Below are positions 1 through 12,430 of a stretch of 64,000 bases of DNA, piece by piece. The position numbers and the translations under genes were made by a program. Positions within the stretch are counted from its first letter, which is position 1; every line of letters starts with the position of its first letter. The DNA comes from Vicugna vicugna (Eukaryota). The notes under the pieces were generated by a model, which was given only the letters and a program-made list of their open reading frames with translations, was not told the DNA's origin and ran no database searches. The DNA lies in assembly GCA_013265495.1 (NCBI GenBank), contig MU058241.1, forward strand, positions 931,249 through 995,248. The letters run 5' to 3'.

Positions 1-774
1 CATTACACAAAAACATGGCTTATTGTTGTACCATGAACTAGGGCGTTTCTTCCAGCACAGCAAAACCAAGCTGATTTTTAGCATCAAGAAAGCACCAGTT
101 CCGGAAAACGGAATCTTAGGATCCTAGCAAGAGCTCCTTCCTACAATCTTGTTTTCTCAGAAGACCCAGTCATTTTCAACTTCTCCCTAGGACATGAAAC
201 GCATGGCACAATCACTGCTTTTCATTAATGTCCTTGTCAAATGCCAGAAGACCTCTGGGTAACCGAGAACTACAGTCCAGAAGACCCTTTTCCCCACAAA
301 CAAAAGGAGGCGATTCAAAAAAGATGTCTGCATTTCCTGATCATTTTTAAATCCAGCCACTTGAGGTTCCCATAAAGCTGCAACAGTAATTTCTCTAAAA
401 TATTAAGATGTAAAAATCATTTGAGGTGAATATTTTTAACTAACAAAAAATAAATCTTTCCTCTGGAGTCATCCAGAATCCCTACAAAGAGTTTCCTGAC
501 TTTATCTTCACTAACAATTAATTTCTGAATAACTTTTAACTGGTCATGCAAAGTATTATTACTGAAATTTCTCTGGCCTAGTCTTTGAACCATCATGACC
601 ATGAAAGTCAATCTTTGGAGGCAAGCTTGAAACTACAAAAGAGCTATAGCTAATCTGGCACCGAAATGGATAAGTGAATGAAGAAAGGGATTTTATTTGA
701 TGATATTAACTTTGTGAGCAGAAAAGAAGTAACTATGAAATATTTCAATCTGACTCTTGATGACAAAGTCTTAG

Positions 775-885
775 GCCCCATTTCCTCATCTGTAGAAAAC
801 AGAAAATAATGGTATTCACTTCACCTGAGATAGTCTATCGGCAAGTATTTCAACAGTGTCTGGGACACATTTTTCAAATGCGTAT
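775..885 (+). mobile_element. MIR SINE fragment (core and 3' part)
   Basis: tttcctcatctgtagaaaacagaaaataatggta...acagtgtctgggacacat resembles the MIR core tttcctcatctgtaaaatggggataataata...acagtgcctggcacat. Confidence 0.65.
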
Positions 886-949
886 CAGTTACCTTTCTTC
901 ACGTGACTCATAAGCTGGCTCTGATACCAATCAAAAAACAAACAAATAT

Positions 950-1085
950 AAAAGGTTTCAGCATTGTTTAGGGCCAGGATAACATTTCTGGAATACAGGC
1001 ATAGCTTCTTGAAGGGACCACTTTGAAGGAGAACACTGATCTGCATGTGTAAGTTCCGACCGTGGTTTTAACAGTCATCACGTCG
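950..1085 (+). mobile_element. MARNA-like TcMar-mariner relic, 3' end
   Basis: tggaatacaggcatagcttcttgaagggaccactttgaaggagaacactgatctgcatgtgtaagttc resembles the recalled MARNA end (ggaataagtgtatagcctcccaaggtgactactttgaaggggacaacactcatttggatgtataagttc). Confidence 0.55.
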
Positions 1086-1859
1086 GGGAGATGGCATTTC
1101 AGAAGCCTTGTTTATAGACATCAGACTGATTAGTGCTTGCTATTCATGGCATCCAAAGGGAAGGCTTTGAGAGGCCAAGCCTTTCTGCTGTTTCTAATTC
1201 ATATTCCTCTGAAATAGTTTAGGGATGCAAGGTTTAAGAAGGCCACCACAACGAGGAATGCGTTTCCTTCCTGGGAGAAGCTTTGAGCTTTGAAATTGGG
1301 TGTGTGTGGAGACCACGAGTGAGAGAAAAGTCCAGTGTTTCTTGGGATGCTTTTTCTGCTCAGGAGTTAGCACCCGGGACCTGACTGCTGGCAGATTCCT
1401 TCTGGAGGTGGGAATCTGCTGCTGGCATGCTCCGGGGCCCAGGCAAGGAGTGTTTGCCTCACAGCTTGGCTACGCAGTCTCATGACCTTCATGGGAAGAC
1501 CGCTCCCAATCCTTGTAAGCAGTTAAAATCCTTCTAACTCCGAGGAGCAGAGCTTTCCCCACTCTCCACCAGAGCAGTCACACAGCGAGCGTGCACGCTC
1601 TGCGAGCAAGATGCTTCCCACATAACCTGACAACGCGTGTTCTCTTGCCTTATCACTCTGTTTTGTCGAAAATGACACCCACATCACCGAGTACCCCGCT
1701 CAGGCCATCCCATCTACTGCATGAAGGAAAGAAAAACCGTATCGTAAGGGTGTGCTGACGGGACTCCCGAGGCTGTCTCATGAAAGGAGTCTTGCAGCAG
1801 AAGACGGCTGGGAACATGGACACTCACGGGGGTTTAGAAGTTCGAGTCACCAAAGGACT

Positions 1860-2440
1860 CTGGGTTTAAATGTCCCTACGTGTCAATGTCCCTAAGTGAG
1901 GTGGCTCAGTTGCTTTTTCGTGTGAGATGCTTCTATGACTTATGTGCGTAGCTTTCTGACATTTTAACTTCTTTCCTTGGACAAGCTATAGACAAAGATA
2001 CACCACGGGGATTATCTTTCTATTAATGATCTGTCGTCGTTTGGAAGAGTTATTTATTTATCCTGTGCTCCTTTTATTGTCTGAGATTAATTCAGGGATT
2101 TGACTGCGTCTGGAACCAAATTTGACACTCAGTATTTTTATTTTACCAGTATGTTTTCTTGGCTTTGATAGTGCTTTGAGCTTGGTTTTGCTTCACTTAT
2201 ATTGATGTTGACATTCTTGCCTTCCGTGCGTTTGCGTTTGGCCGATGCGACCCGGCCCATGCCTTTCTATTTAACCTCCCTTCCTCAGTTAGTTTTAGGT
2301 GAGATTCCTGGACGGAGGAGCACTGCTGCGTTAGAACGCCGACCTAACCTGACGCTGCCTTTGCCTTCTGACTGGACATTTCACCGCAGCCACGTTTGTG
2401 ATGACAGCTGACGTGTTCGCCTTTGTAAGTCCCATCTTAA
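1860..2440 (-). mobile_element. Ancient L1 (L1M/L1ME-type), ORF2 endonuclease region, highly diverged
   Basis: Antisense L1 ORF2 5' pattern, e.g. gcctttctatttaacctccc...gttttaggtgagattcctggacggaggagc...gccttctgactggacatttcaccgcagccacgtttgtgatgacagctg. Confidence 0.55.
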
Positions 2441-2454
2441 GATTTACTAAACGT

Positions 2455-3870
2455 GTGCCTTTTCACTGAGGCACAAGTAACACACAGTAAAATGCACGCA
2501 TCTCGAGTGTGATGCTTGCTAACTTTTCAGACAGGCGCAGGCTCATGCAACGACCACGCAGATCGAGATACAGGGAACGCTTCCTTCTCACCCAAAGTTC
2601 CGATGCCCCGACCCAGTCAAGGGAGTCCAAGGGAGCCACTGCTCTAAATCGTACTCCAGAAGTCAGCTGTGCATGCTGTAGAATTGGATGTAAACGTTTC
2701 TCATACAGTACGTAGTCGTCTGGGTCTGTCTCCTTTTACCCAGCACCGTATTTTGGGCATTCACTCATCTGGGCACAGGGACCGTTTGTTCCTCTTTTTT
2801 TCTGAGTTGTATTCCAACGTATGAATATATGAAAGTTTGTTTCTTCGTTCTCCAGATAAGGGACGCTTCCGTTGTTTTTGTTTCTGCTTATTATGAATTA
2901 ACTTTCTCTCCATCTTCTCTAACTCTTCTTGTGGAGAAACACATTCTTTTCGGTGGACACGTAGGAGTGGAATTTCCAGATGATTCAGTGACCATGTATT
3001 ACTAGATACTGTCAAATAATTTTTCGGAGTGTATCATTTTATCCCCCACCAGCAAAGTGTGAGAGTTCCAGGTACTCTGCATCCTTGCCAATTCTTCATA
3101 TTTTTTTTTAAATTAGCATTCTGCTGAGTATATTCTGGTATCTCACTGAGATGTTAATTTATGATTCTCTGATAAGCGATGTCAAGCACCTTTCCTACAG
3201 TATTGGATATTTGTGTATCTTCTTACATAAACTGCCTGATTACAAACTTTTGCACATTCAAACAAACTGGACCCCCTAAAAAGTAAGTTGCTTCTCTTTT
3301 TACTGATTTGTAAGAATTTATTATAAACGGTGACTGAAAGTATTTTGTTGAGAACGTGAGTCATGAATGTTTCCTCCCAGGGGGAGGATGTGCGTTTTCA
3401 ACTGTGCCTTTCTTGAAGTGGTTGGTATTTATTTTCATGTCATCCAACTTGTTTTAATAAACAGTGCTATGTGCACTCTGACCAAGAAATGATCATTTAT
3501 GCTAAGGTAAGATCAGGCACTCCTATGTCTTACGGAAGTTTTATCATCTCAGTCCTTGCATTTCTGTCTTCGTAACTCCTCAAATGAATTATTACGAATC
3601 AGGTTCAAGGTTTACTTGGTTCCCATATAGGCATTCGATTTCTATAGCACACTTTGTTGAAAAGTTTCCCAATTTCCATTGAATTTCTGGGGTGCCTTGG
3701 CAAAGACAAGTGATCACACATGACTAGGTGTACTTCTGGACTATCCTCTCTGTTACTTCCATTTACTGTGCAGCTTTGGGTGGTAGATACCACACTGTCC
3801 TTATTTCTGTAGCATTAGAGTAAGTACTGAAACCAGACAATCGAAGCACCCCAACTTTATTCAGCTTCAT
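2455..3870 (-). mobile_element. Ancient L1ME-type 3' UTR plus ORF2 3' part
   Basis: ttttcactgaggcacaagtaacacacagtaaaatgcacgcatctcgagtgt (old L1 3' terminus, antisense); ccaccagcaaagtgtgagagttccag; cagcacactttgttgaaaag-like and accacactgtccttatttctgtagc ORF2 landmarks. Confidence 0.8.
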
Positions 3871-4073
3871 CATCATCTGGATTGTACACATATAATTACA
3901 TACAATAATATATACATATTTACTTCCTTGTCTTGTATCGCTTTTCATGCACTTGGTCCTACTAGAGGATAAACCCCTCAATTTTCTTCAACTCATAGAA
4001 ACAAGGGTAATCCTATATAATATGACAAGAAAAAATGGATGTTTTCAAATAAAATGTTTGAACGTGTGATTAG

Positions 4074-4210
4074 GGTTTTTTTTTTCCATTTTATCTCGGG
4101 GGGGGGGAGGTGATTAGGTTTATTTATTTTTAGAGGAAGTACTGGGATTGAACCCTGGACCTCGTGCATGCTAAGTATGTGCTCTGCCACTTGAGCTATA
4201 CTGTCCTCCC
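4074..4210 (-). mobile_element. Camelid tRNA-Ala-derived SINE (vic-1 type) with A tail and TSD
   Basis: Minus strand reads GGGAGGACAGTATAGCTCAAGTGGCAGAGCACATACTTAGCATGCACGAGGTCCAGGGTTCAATCCCAGTACTTCC (A/B boxes, tRNA-Ala AGC-like), then AAATAAATAAACCTAATCACCTCCCCC and an A tail. Degenerate TSD ttgaacgtgtgattag (4058-4073) / ttgactgtgtgatcag (4211-4226). Confidence 0.9.
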
Positions 4211-5215
4211 TTGACTGTGTGATCAGTTTTTAATTCTAAACTTTACACTTCATGAAATATTTACTAACATTCAAAGGTATTGGTGTCAACTTCACCCGTT
4301 CTCCTAGGACAGACCTCTGGGGTAAAAGTTAAAAGGAAAAGTCCAATTTTTATCTTTTCCTTTGGGTACTTTATGGAACAGACTGAACTAGTACTTAACT
4401 GGAGGGATCCGTAAAGGACATTTACTGATTTCAGCAGAGGTTTTAACTACCCAAGTGGATGCGATAGCGCTTTGCTCTTTGTCACCTCCATCTACCTCAC
4501 CTAACCTGCAAACATAAGTACTAGCTCTCATTCTGAAATGCTTCAAACTTTTAATCTTCTAAAAATGAAACTTATACGAAAGTTATTATATAACCCTAGA
4601 TATCAGAATGCAACTACTTATGAACACCTTTTATTTTAAGCACTTGCATTTTATCACCATACACATCTCTTAATTATTCTTGTTACCAGCAATACTGCAT
4701 TCATGTTAAGACTTGAATGAAAATATATTTTTCCAGACAATATAAGACGTAGAATTTATCACTCAAGGACACTTTTGCATAACTTTAGAGAGAAAGTGAA
4801 AATTATAAAAACTAAATAAGAAAATCAAATCTAGGTCATTTAGTTTCACATCATGTTCATTATCTTCATATAACTGCCTTTTAAAAAAATTCAAGTACCA
4901 GTTTTCAACTGAAAACAGCACATTGACAATATGTAAGTGAGTGGAACCATTTAATGGAATAGGCAGCTTCTTCAATCTCTAAAAACATTTATTTGAGTTC
5001 AACTTTTGTGTATGGTTTTAAGACAAAAATAAGGCCTACAAAACTTTCCCTTGAAATGAAACAGTGATAAGTTGTAAAAAATAGTCTTTTCATTGATCAT
5101 GACTTTCTTCTTAAAAATTTCAACCACAGTTGTCCAAGTAGCAAACACTGAACAGTTCCGTCAGTCAGTTTCAGGTTGTGATATGACAACTACTGGGTGG
5201 ATTCTGCTCAAGTGT

Positions 5216-5722
5216 TATTTTTTTTTTTTCTAACTGAAGTAGAGTCAACTTACAATGCTGTGTTAATTTCTGGTGTACAGCATAGTGATTCATTTATACA
5301 TACATATATTTATATTCCTTTTCATATTCTTTCTCTGTATAGGCCACTACAAGGTACTGAATATAGTTCCCTCTGCTATACAGCAGAACTCTGTTATTTA
5401 TTCTATATACTGCAGTTAGTATCTGCAAATCTCGAACTCCCAATTTATCCTCTATCACCCCCTTTCCCCACTGGTAATCATAAGTTTGTTTTCTACGTCT
5501 GTGAGTCTTTCTCTGTTTTGTAAGTAAGTTCATTTCTGTCTTTTTTTAATCATTAAAAAAATTCCACATATAAATGACATCATACAGTATTTTTGTTTCT
5601 CTGTCTGACTGACTTCACTTAGTATGGTAATCTCCAGGTCCATCCATGTTGCTGCAAATGGCATTATTTCATTCTTTTTTTATGGGTGAGTAGTATTCCA
5701 CTTCATACATATATCACAGCTT
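5216..5722 (-). mobile_element. Cetartiodactyl-type L1, 5'-truncated 3' end
   Basis: T-run then actgaagtagagtcaacttacaatgctgtgttaatttctggtgtacagcatagtgattca...gttccctctgctatacagcag...catccatgttgctgcaaatggcattatttcattc. Confidence 0.9.
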
Positions 5723-6399
5723 TCTGGCATGTTGACAGCTCATCCACCCACTTTCTTCACGATAGAGAGATTTCAAAAGATTTCCAACATTCATCTGCTT
5801 TTGCTCACATTCTTACAAATATCCTTGTGTGTGTTGTGTAAACATTTTCAGGCCACAGTTTAAATACTGATATCTCTGTGGAGGCATATGCACTTAAGTT
5901 ATTCACCAAGAAGGCTGGTTTACCTGGCAGCCTGGCCATCTTCACATTTGTGAAAATACGTTATCATAAGATTATTTTATGTGAGATTATAGATTTTCCA
6001 GGTTGGACCTCAACATCTTTCCTCCAACACATTCCTGATAATTGTTCTTTTATCTCCAGGATCAAAAGAGGATACATCAGCCATAACCTGCCCTGCCCCA
6101 CCTGCCGTACACACAGGGACATTACCACTCCTTGTGGCTGTTCCCATCACAATCATAGCATCAACAAAACTTCACAAAGTGCTTCACTTATTCCAATTAA
6201 CACATTACTGAATACCATATATTCCAGACCTGCACGTCCTCCCTTCTACCACCTACTCCAATCTGACTCTGGGCTCCATTTTAAGGTCCAATCAAGGGTC
6301 TTCCTGGGTTCACTGGTATCTTCCAATTCACTGAATTTAAGGAGCAGAATGAAATTTGTTGCACATTATGCATTGTTCAAACGTATTAGGTAGCTCAAC

Positions 6400-6830
6400 A
6401 TTTCTTACAGAGTGCAATGAATACTTCCCCCCAGCCCCAGGCAATGGTGTCTCATCATTCCACACCCCGTCTCAGACTCCTCAGACAGCCAGGCTTTGGC
6501 CAGTCAGATGAATGGCAAGTGGTATCTGTCATAGTCTTCATTAGCATTTTTACCATTAATAATGAGAATGGGTGTCTTGTCTTGTATTTATTAGCGATTT
6601 GTGTTTCTTACTCTATGAATCGCTTTCCCAGTGATCTTACTTTCCCCTCATTCTGTTTGAATTCTTGTTGATTTGTGGAAGTTACTTACCCATTTTGAAG
6701 AATCATCTGTTGTAGACCGTCTGTACTGTAAACACTGGCTCTCAGCCTGCGGAGTTTTTCTTTTGTGCTATCGTGTTTAAAATTGGATCATCAAGTATGA
6801 TAAAGTTCCCACATCTTAAGTTCAGTGTTC
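6400..6830 (-). mobile_element. Ancient L1 ORF2 3' fragment
   Basis: ggtatctgtcatagtcttcattagcatttttaccattaataatgag...tttattagcgatttgtgtttctt antisense L1 pattern. Confidence 0.55.
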
Positions 6831-6859
6831 AAAGAATTTTGAGAAATGTCTGCAACTGA

Positions 6860-7390
6860 GCAACCATTTCTATTTAATGTGATTACTGCTATGCTGAGGG
6901 GTGAGGTTACCATCCTGCTACTTGCTGTCTGTCAGTCCTGTCTATTCCTTGTTCTTTACCCTCTTTATTTTGGCTTAACTATTGTTACGATTCCCTTTTA
7001 CCTCCTTTTCAGGGTATTAGCTAAAACCTTTTCTCATTTGACTGGTTGCCGTAGATTCACATTTGATACATCATTAACTTATGATCATCTATCTTTAACG
7101 ATATGATATCACTTCACATTTAGTACATGGACCTTAAAATAGTTCACTTCCATTTCCTATCCTGCAACTTACGCTGTTTTCATGTGTTTTACTTTTACAG
7201 GGGTTAAAAACCTCACAATTTATTCTTATCGTTTTAGTTAAAACAATCTACTAAGATGTTAAATACGTTTAAATAATGAAAAATATTACCTGTTTACCTG
7301 TGGAATTACTACGTCTAGTGTTGTTCATCCCTTTGTGCAGATGTGTACATTTATTCTGGTAACTGACATCTTGCGCCTAAGACCATACTA
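6860..7390 (-). mobile_element. Ancient L1 (L1MC/ME-type) inter-ORF/ORF1-end fragment
   Basis: ccatttctatttaatgtgattactgctatgctg...accatcctgctacttgct...atatgatatcacttcacatttagtacatggaccttaaaatagttcacttccattt. Confidence 0.6.
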
Positions 7391-7619
7391 TTATTGGCAA
7401 TTTCTCTCTGTCTTTTCCTTCTCTTCTTCTTGACTTCCTGACCATTTATTGTGTTTTATTTAAATTATTTTAGTGGCTATTTCATGGGACTTACCCTGCA
7501 TGCTTATGTTAATAAAGCCTGGAGTTAATGACTGTCTTCACTTTCCTGGCGCCTGAATGGTTCTAATCTCATACACTTTTATCTTTCAAGATAGTTAAAA
7601 TTTAATAAACTCCAGAGAA

Positions 7620-7830
7620 TAGCAGAAAGAAGACTGACTATGAAATCACATAGACCTGATTTTTAATCTTATTCGTTTCTTCTTTTCCTGGCTAGAAATT
7701 TTGGTAAATAACTCATCTTCTTTGAGATTTGGTCTTCTGATATGAAAAACTGGGACACAGTATTTAATTGCATAATTTAAGGAATAGGATTAATAAGCAC
7801 ATGGTAGGTGCTCATAAGTATTAATGACTG
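7620..7830 (+). mobile_element. MIR fragment
   Basis: atcacatagacctgatttttaatc...gcacatggtaggtgctcataagtattaatg (MIR head and 3' tail). Confidence 0.5.
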
Positions 7831-9329
7831 TTCTCCTCCTACAAAATTTAATGAGGCAGATATTAATAACGAATCACATCCACTTGATTTGAAATAATCA
7901 AATAACAATGAAGCACATTCTACCAACCCAAGATACAATGTGAACTTAACATCATGTTCAAACAGAGAAAGAAATATAAAAACAATGCCTCAATGAGTAA
8001 ATCAAAGAATGAATGTAGACAGTACACTTTAGCATGGAACTGATACATAAACACCAGTAACCTATTATACTTTAAAACTAGAGACAGAATTGTGGAAAGT
8101 AGTGTATTTTCACCTTGTTTATTGAATTACCACAGTGGTCAAGTCCTTTATTTTGATGAGTCTCCGTTTCTTAAATCTACAAAATGCAGGTATTGGATTA
8201 TAACATATGTAATATGGGTTTCTAAATTTTTAAGACCCTCTAATGTGACCTGATAATTTAGAAAAGAAAATTGTATGTCTCTGCTTATGAATGAAACCAT
8301 AAACATGTCTAAAACATTTCCACTTGTAGTGTAACCCCACAAGGATACTTTTAGAAATATAATTGCTATAAAGGGAATATTTTAGATGAATGAAATTACT
8401 CCATGTGTTTAAAAGACCTTTTTTTTTTCCCGCAGTAGAAATAGGTAACCACTTGCTCAAAAACAGTAAGGACCCTACTCACTGTCCTCTGATCTGACAG
8501 AAGCATTTCACTGATGTGTTCAAATGCTGTTAGGTTGTGCTTTTCATACTGTAAACTCTGTACTTTGATGTGTTTTTGCTGTTCCTTTGCAGAATGCCAG
8601 CACACACCGCACGTTTCTAGTCGGCAGTGACCTAGGCTGCGTTGTCATTAACTGCTCTTTGCACGTTAGGTTTATATGGTGCAAAACATTACTGATTTCG
8701 TTTCTAATGAAGAGTTGAATCTCACTGTCCTCACTTACGATTATTCCTTTAAATTAGCGATACTGAATCAAAATATTTAGACACTGAATGCCTAAGAATA
8801 TGCCAACACTTTTTAACATCAAAGTAAAATCACTTAACCTAGTTCTGCTTTTTCAAAAAGTGCAATACTGTATGAACATCTCTTTATTACAGAAATGGTG
8901 TCAATTTTCCCCTGCTCTTGCTTGCTCTAAACATATCAAGTGGAATATATTAACAATGTGCTTGAAGTGATCTAATATTTATCAGCATTTCCTTGTAATA
9001 CTGAATTAAGTGCACATATGTTGTTTTATGGCTTATTTCACGGCCCAGTAATTCACAATTTTTGTATCACTGCATCAATTAATGAATAGGCAACGCTAAT
9101 CATCAGCATTCAGTCTTACATAGAAAACTAATTCTGTTTTATTCCTGAGACCATTCTTTTTCACACGGGTCCCTCGGTCATAAGAAACAAGACTTTTCGT
9201 ATTTTGCATTTTGTGCTTTAATGCTATGCTTGTCGCCCAGCACAACGTCACTGGTTATCACCCCTTCCATCTCAGATGTTCCCTGCGTTGTTACCCCTTC
9301 ATTCATAACTGAGCGCAATTCGCAGCCCT

Positions 9330-10200
9330 TCTCCGTATCAACACGGAACCTCCACCTCGTTCCTGTTCCCTCCTTTCCAGGTGCTTCAAGCACGTCTGGA
9401 ATTTTGCCCTATTTACAATCTGACTTCCCTCCTTCAGCCTCAGTTTCTATTCTTCTATTACTAACTACTCCCCGCCCCCCGCAAGATTTGAAGACATGCT
9501 CAACTTTTCTGCATTCAAAGAACCCCACCTCAGTTCCAATTTTTCTTAAATTTTTGCACTCACTCCTCTTCCCTTCAAGGAAAAAATAATATTGTGAAAT
9601 CACATTGATAATCTCTGACACTTTCAGCTTCTTGCAAAACTGATTTTACCTCTGCTGTAGAACTGAAACTACATTTGCTTCAGCAGACGATTTTTTTTTT
9701 TTTGATACCTTGCTGAACCTGATCAGTTTTGCTGCATTCAAAACCACAGACCACACTTCTTGATTTCTGTTGTTCTCCAACTTGCCAGCTCTCTCTTTCC
9801 GTGTGACTGCGCTTTCTAAATCTTCCCAACTGGGTCTTCTCCCTCCCACCCGCCCTGCCCCTGAGTGATGACATCTATTCAGGGCTTATCATCAGCCATC
9901 ACCTTTCCACTCTAAACTCTCGGCAGCATCACCTACGGTCCACCACGGCTACAACTACATCTCCAGGCCAGTAACTTCCTCCTTTACATCTCCTACTTTC
10001 CTTCCAGATTTCTCTCTGCAGCTGCCGCCCGGACATCTCCAAACAGATGGACCCCAGATGGCTCACATGCATTTTACTGGATAGAGAATTCCTACTCACA
10101 CATTCAAATGTATCACTCTTCCTGGAGCACACCGTGATCACAAGCACCACTAAACACTCACCCCCCCAGCCCCAAAAGACATACACTTCCATCACTGCGA
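9330..10200 (+). mobile_element. L2 LINE fragment (RT region), diverged
   Basis: C/T-rich L2 pattern, e.g. gctgcattcaaaaccacagaccacacttcttga and ccagatttctctctgcagctgccgcccggacatctccaaacagatg. Confidence 0.55.
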
Positions 10201-10379
10201 CTTCCCTCCTTTGACTTCTAAGGAGCCAGGTGTGAGTCTGTCTAGTGCTCTCTTTACTTCACATCCACTCTAACAGCACCCGCTCAGCTTTACTACATTC
10301 TCTCGGACTGTTCCTTCTGTGTGTGTGTGTTCATACACAAGTACTGAGAGTCAAAAAAGGGGCACCGTATCAGTACAGT

Positions 10380-11520
10380 TTCTAGATGAAGAAGAGCTTT
10401 AGCATGTAAGAAAGAGCAGATGGTAAAGCCAAGTAAATACAGTTATGAACACTGGTACAAATGCTTGACGGAGATACGTGTAGGGCAATACTGGTGTACA
10501 TCTGGATGTCTGTGAACCTAAGGAAACTACCCAGGGGGAGCAGGACTTGGGTGGGGATCTGAAACTCAGCATGGACCAGTAGATGGGGGAAACTGCAGGT
10601 CATTCAGAATGAGCACACCACCTGGCTACAGAGGGCCAGCAGGACAGGTGGGAATTTAGAGGCTGGCAGGGACGGAATTATAAAAGGTCTTTTCCAACAG
10701 TGCTACATAAGTTCGATTTTGCCTTAATGCTTATGAGGAGCCGCTGAAAGAACTGAAGTAAGGGATTTACGTAATTGCTTTCTTTGGGCTGCTAGTCGCA
10801 ACAGTTCTCTGCAGCACGGTTTGGTGTGGGGTAGTTTAAAGATGTAGGAAGATGCAATAATCAAATCAAAAAAGCAACAGCTGGTGGAATGAAGAGATGG
10901 CTTACAGAAATGACAAGGAGGTTGAGTCTTCAGGAGCTGAAATGTGATTAAGCATTAATTTATTAAATATAAGTGGGAAGACAGAAAGTGTGGGCAAGAT
11001 TTGGAGCTTGACCCATTATGTAATGGTGTTGCTTTTAACTGAGGAGATTAAGGTGGAAGGAAGCACAGATATGAGGGAAATAACTGAATTTTGAGAATCT
11101 TTAATTCAAGGGACCCTTGGTAGAAGTAGTTTAACAGTTTCTAGGTTATAAGGATGCACAGGAGTGGGACTCTGGGTCATATGAGGAAGCTAGAGAGTTT
11201 CGTGACAGAGTTAGGCGTTTGTGGGGTATCAGTCATTCCTGTGTATTTGCTATTGGAGATGATGGAGATTTGGGAGAAAGTTCCTATCACTGGAAAATAA
11301 TGGAATATTTTTCCAGGGTCTTAAGAGTAAAAACGTAGCTGAGAATGCCACTCTGGTGAGAGCACTATCATAGAACTTTGTAAGGATGTACCCTCTAAAA
11401 AGAAGGTTGAGATGGAAGAGCCAAAGAGGGAGAAATGTCATCACAGAAAATGAGAGTGCGGTCATGCGACCAAGTAACTGGGGAGAGTGAAACCAACTGG
11501 AGCCTGGACATCCTTCCCTG
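10380..11520 (-). mobile_element. L2 LINE fragment, antisense
   Basis: Purine-rich L2 antisense pattern, e.g. atgcttatgaggagccgctgaaagaactgaagtaaggga and gtaatggtgttgcttttaactgaggagattaag. Confidence 0.55.
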
Positions 11521-11529
11521 GGACCTCTG

Positions 11530-11755
11530 ACTTGTCTGCTTCCACCTCCACTGGAATCAGCCCCGTCATCCGCTGCCTCAATTCAATCTAAACAGTTCTA
11601 CTGCCACCCACTCCCTAAAGCACAGGGCTCTGCACTTCATCCCCTCTCGCTAACCATGACACGGCTCCCCTAAAGTTATGAAGATGGACTGAAACTTGAA
11701 CTCAGCATTCAAAGCTTCTCACCACTTGGCCCCAACCAATTGGTGCCTCTTCCAA
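11530..11755 (+). mobile_element. L2 3' fragment (appears to resume after the L1 at ~12445)
   Basis: ctaaagcacagggctctgcacttcatcccctctcgctaacc...cagcattcaaagcttctcaccacttggccccaacc. Confidence 0.5.
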
Positions 11756-11779
11756 AAACAATCAAGAATAAATCACCAT

Positions 11780-12430
11780 CCTCAAAAAACTAAAAACAGA
11801 CTTACCATGTGCAATCCCACTACCGGGCATATATCCAGAGTAAGGTAATTTGAAAAGACACTTGTACTCCATTGTTCACAGCAACACTATTTGTAACAGC
11901 CAAGACATGGAAATGACCCAAATGTCCAACGTCCATCAACAGATGACTGAATAGAGAAATGTTGGGGGGGTATATATACATACATACACACACACACACA
12001 CACACGTATGTATATACATACATACACACACCATGGAATACCACTCATCCATAAAGAAAAAGAATACAATAATGTCATTTGCAGCAACATGGATGCACCT
12101 AGAGATTGTCATTCTAAATGAAGTTAGAAAGAGAAAGAAAAATGATCACTTACATGCAGAATCTTAAAAAAAAAAGACAAACTTACTTACAAAACAGAAA
12201 CAGACTCATAGACACAGAAAACGAACTAATGCTTACCAGAGAGAGAGAGAGTGGGAAAGGATAAACTGGGAATTCGAAAATTGTACCTCTTGGGGAGTGA
12301 TAGAAATATTAGCTACCTTGATTGTGGTGGCAGCTTCTATCAAAATTCATCCAATTGTACACCTGAAATATATGTGGTTCACTGTACAGGAATTATACCA
12401 CACTAAAGGTGTCATTAAAAAAAAAAAAAA
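11780..12430 (+). mobile_element. 5'-truncated L1 insertion: cetartiodactyl-type body with an older L1M-type 3' tail and A14
   Basis: ctcaaaaaactaaaaacagacttacca...gcagcaacatggatgcacctagagattgtcattctaaatgaag...aaaacagaaacagactcatagac; tail ggggagtgatagaaatattagctaccttgattgtggtgg...; A-run 12417-12430; internal (CA)n. Confidence 0.85.

Noticed and set aside
4135..4210. Functional tRNA-Ala gene
   Set aside because: The acceptor stem and arms are degenerate, and it has a SINE tail, A-run and TSD, so it is a SINE head.
5878..6393. 171-aa ORF
   Set aside because: GTG start, embedded among decayed L1 fragments, no recognisable protein features or splice context.
8128..8190. Minus-strand exon-like segment (FKKRRLIKIKDLTTV)
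   Set aside because: It matches the antisense MIR core (cattttgtagatttaagaaacggagactc), a common source of pseudo-acceptors.
8570..8720. Strong plus-strand acceptor (tgtttttgctgttcctttgcag) with a short open frame
   Set aside because: No good donor, an unrecognised peptide, and it opposes the inferred host strand.
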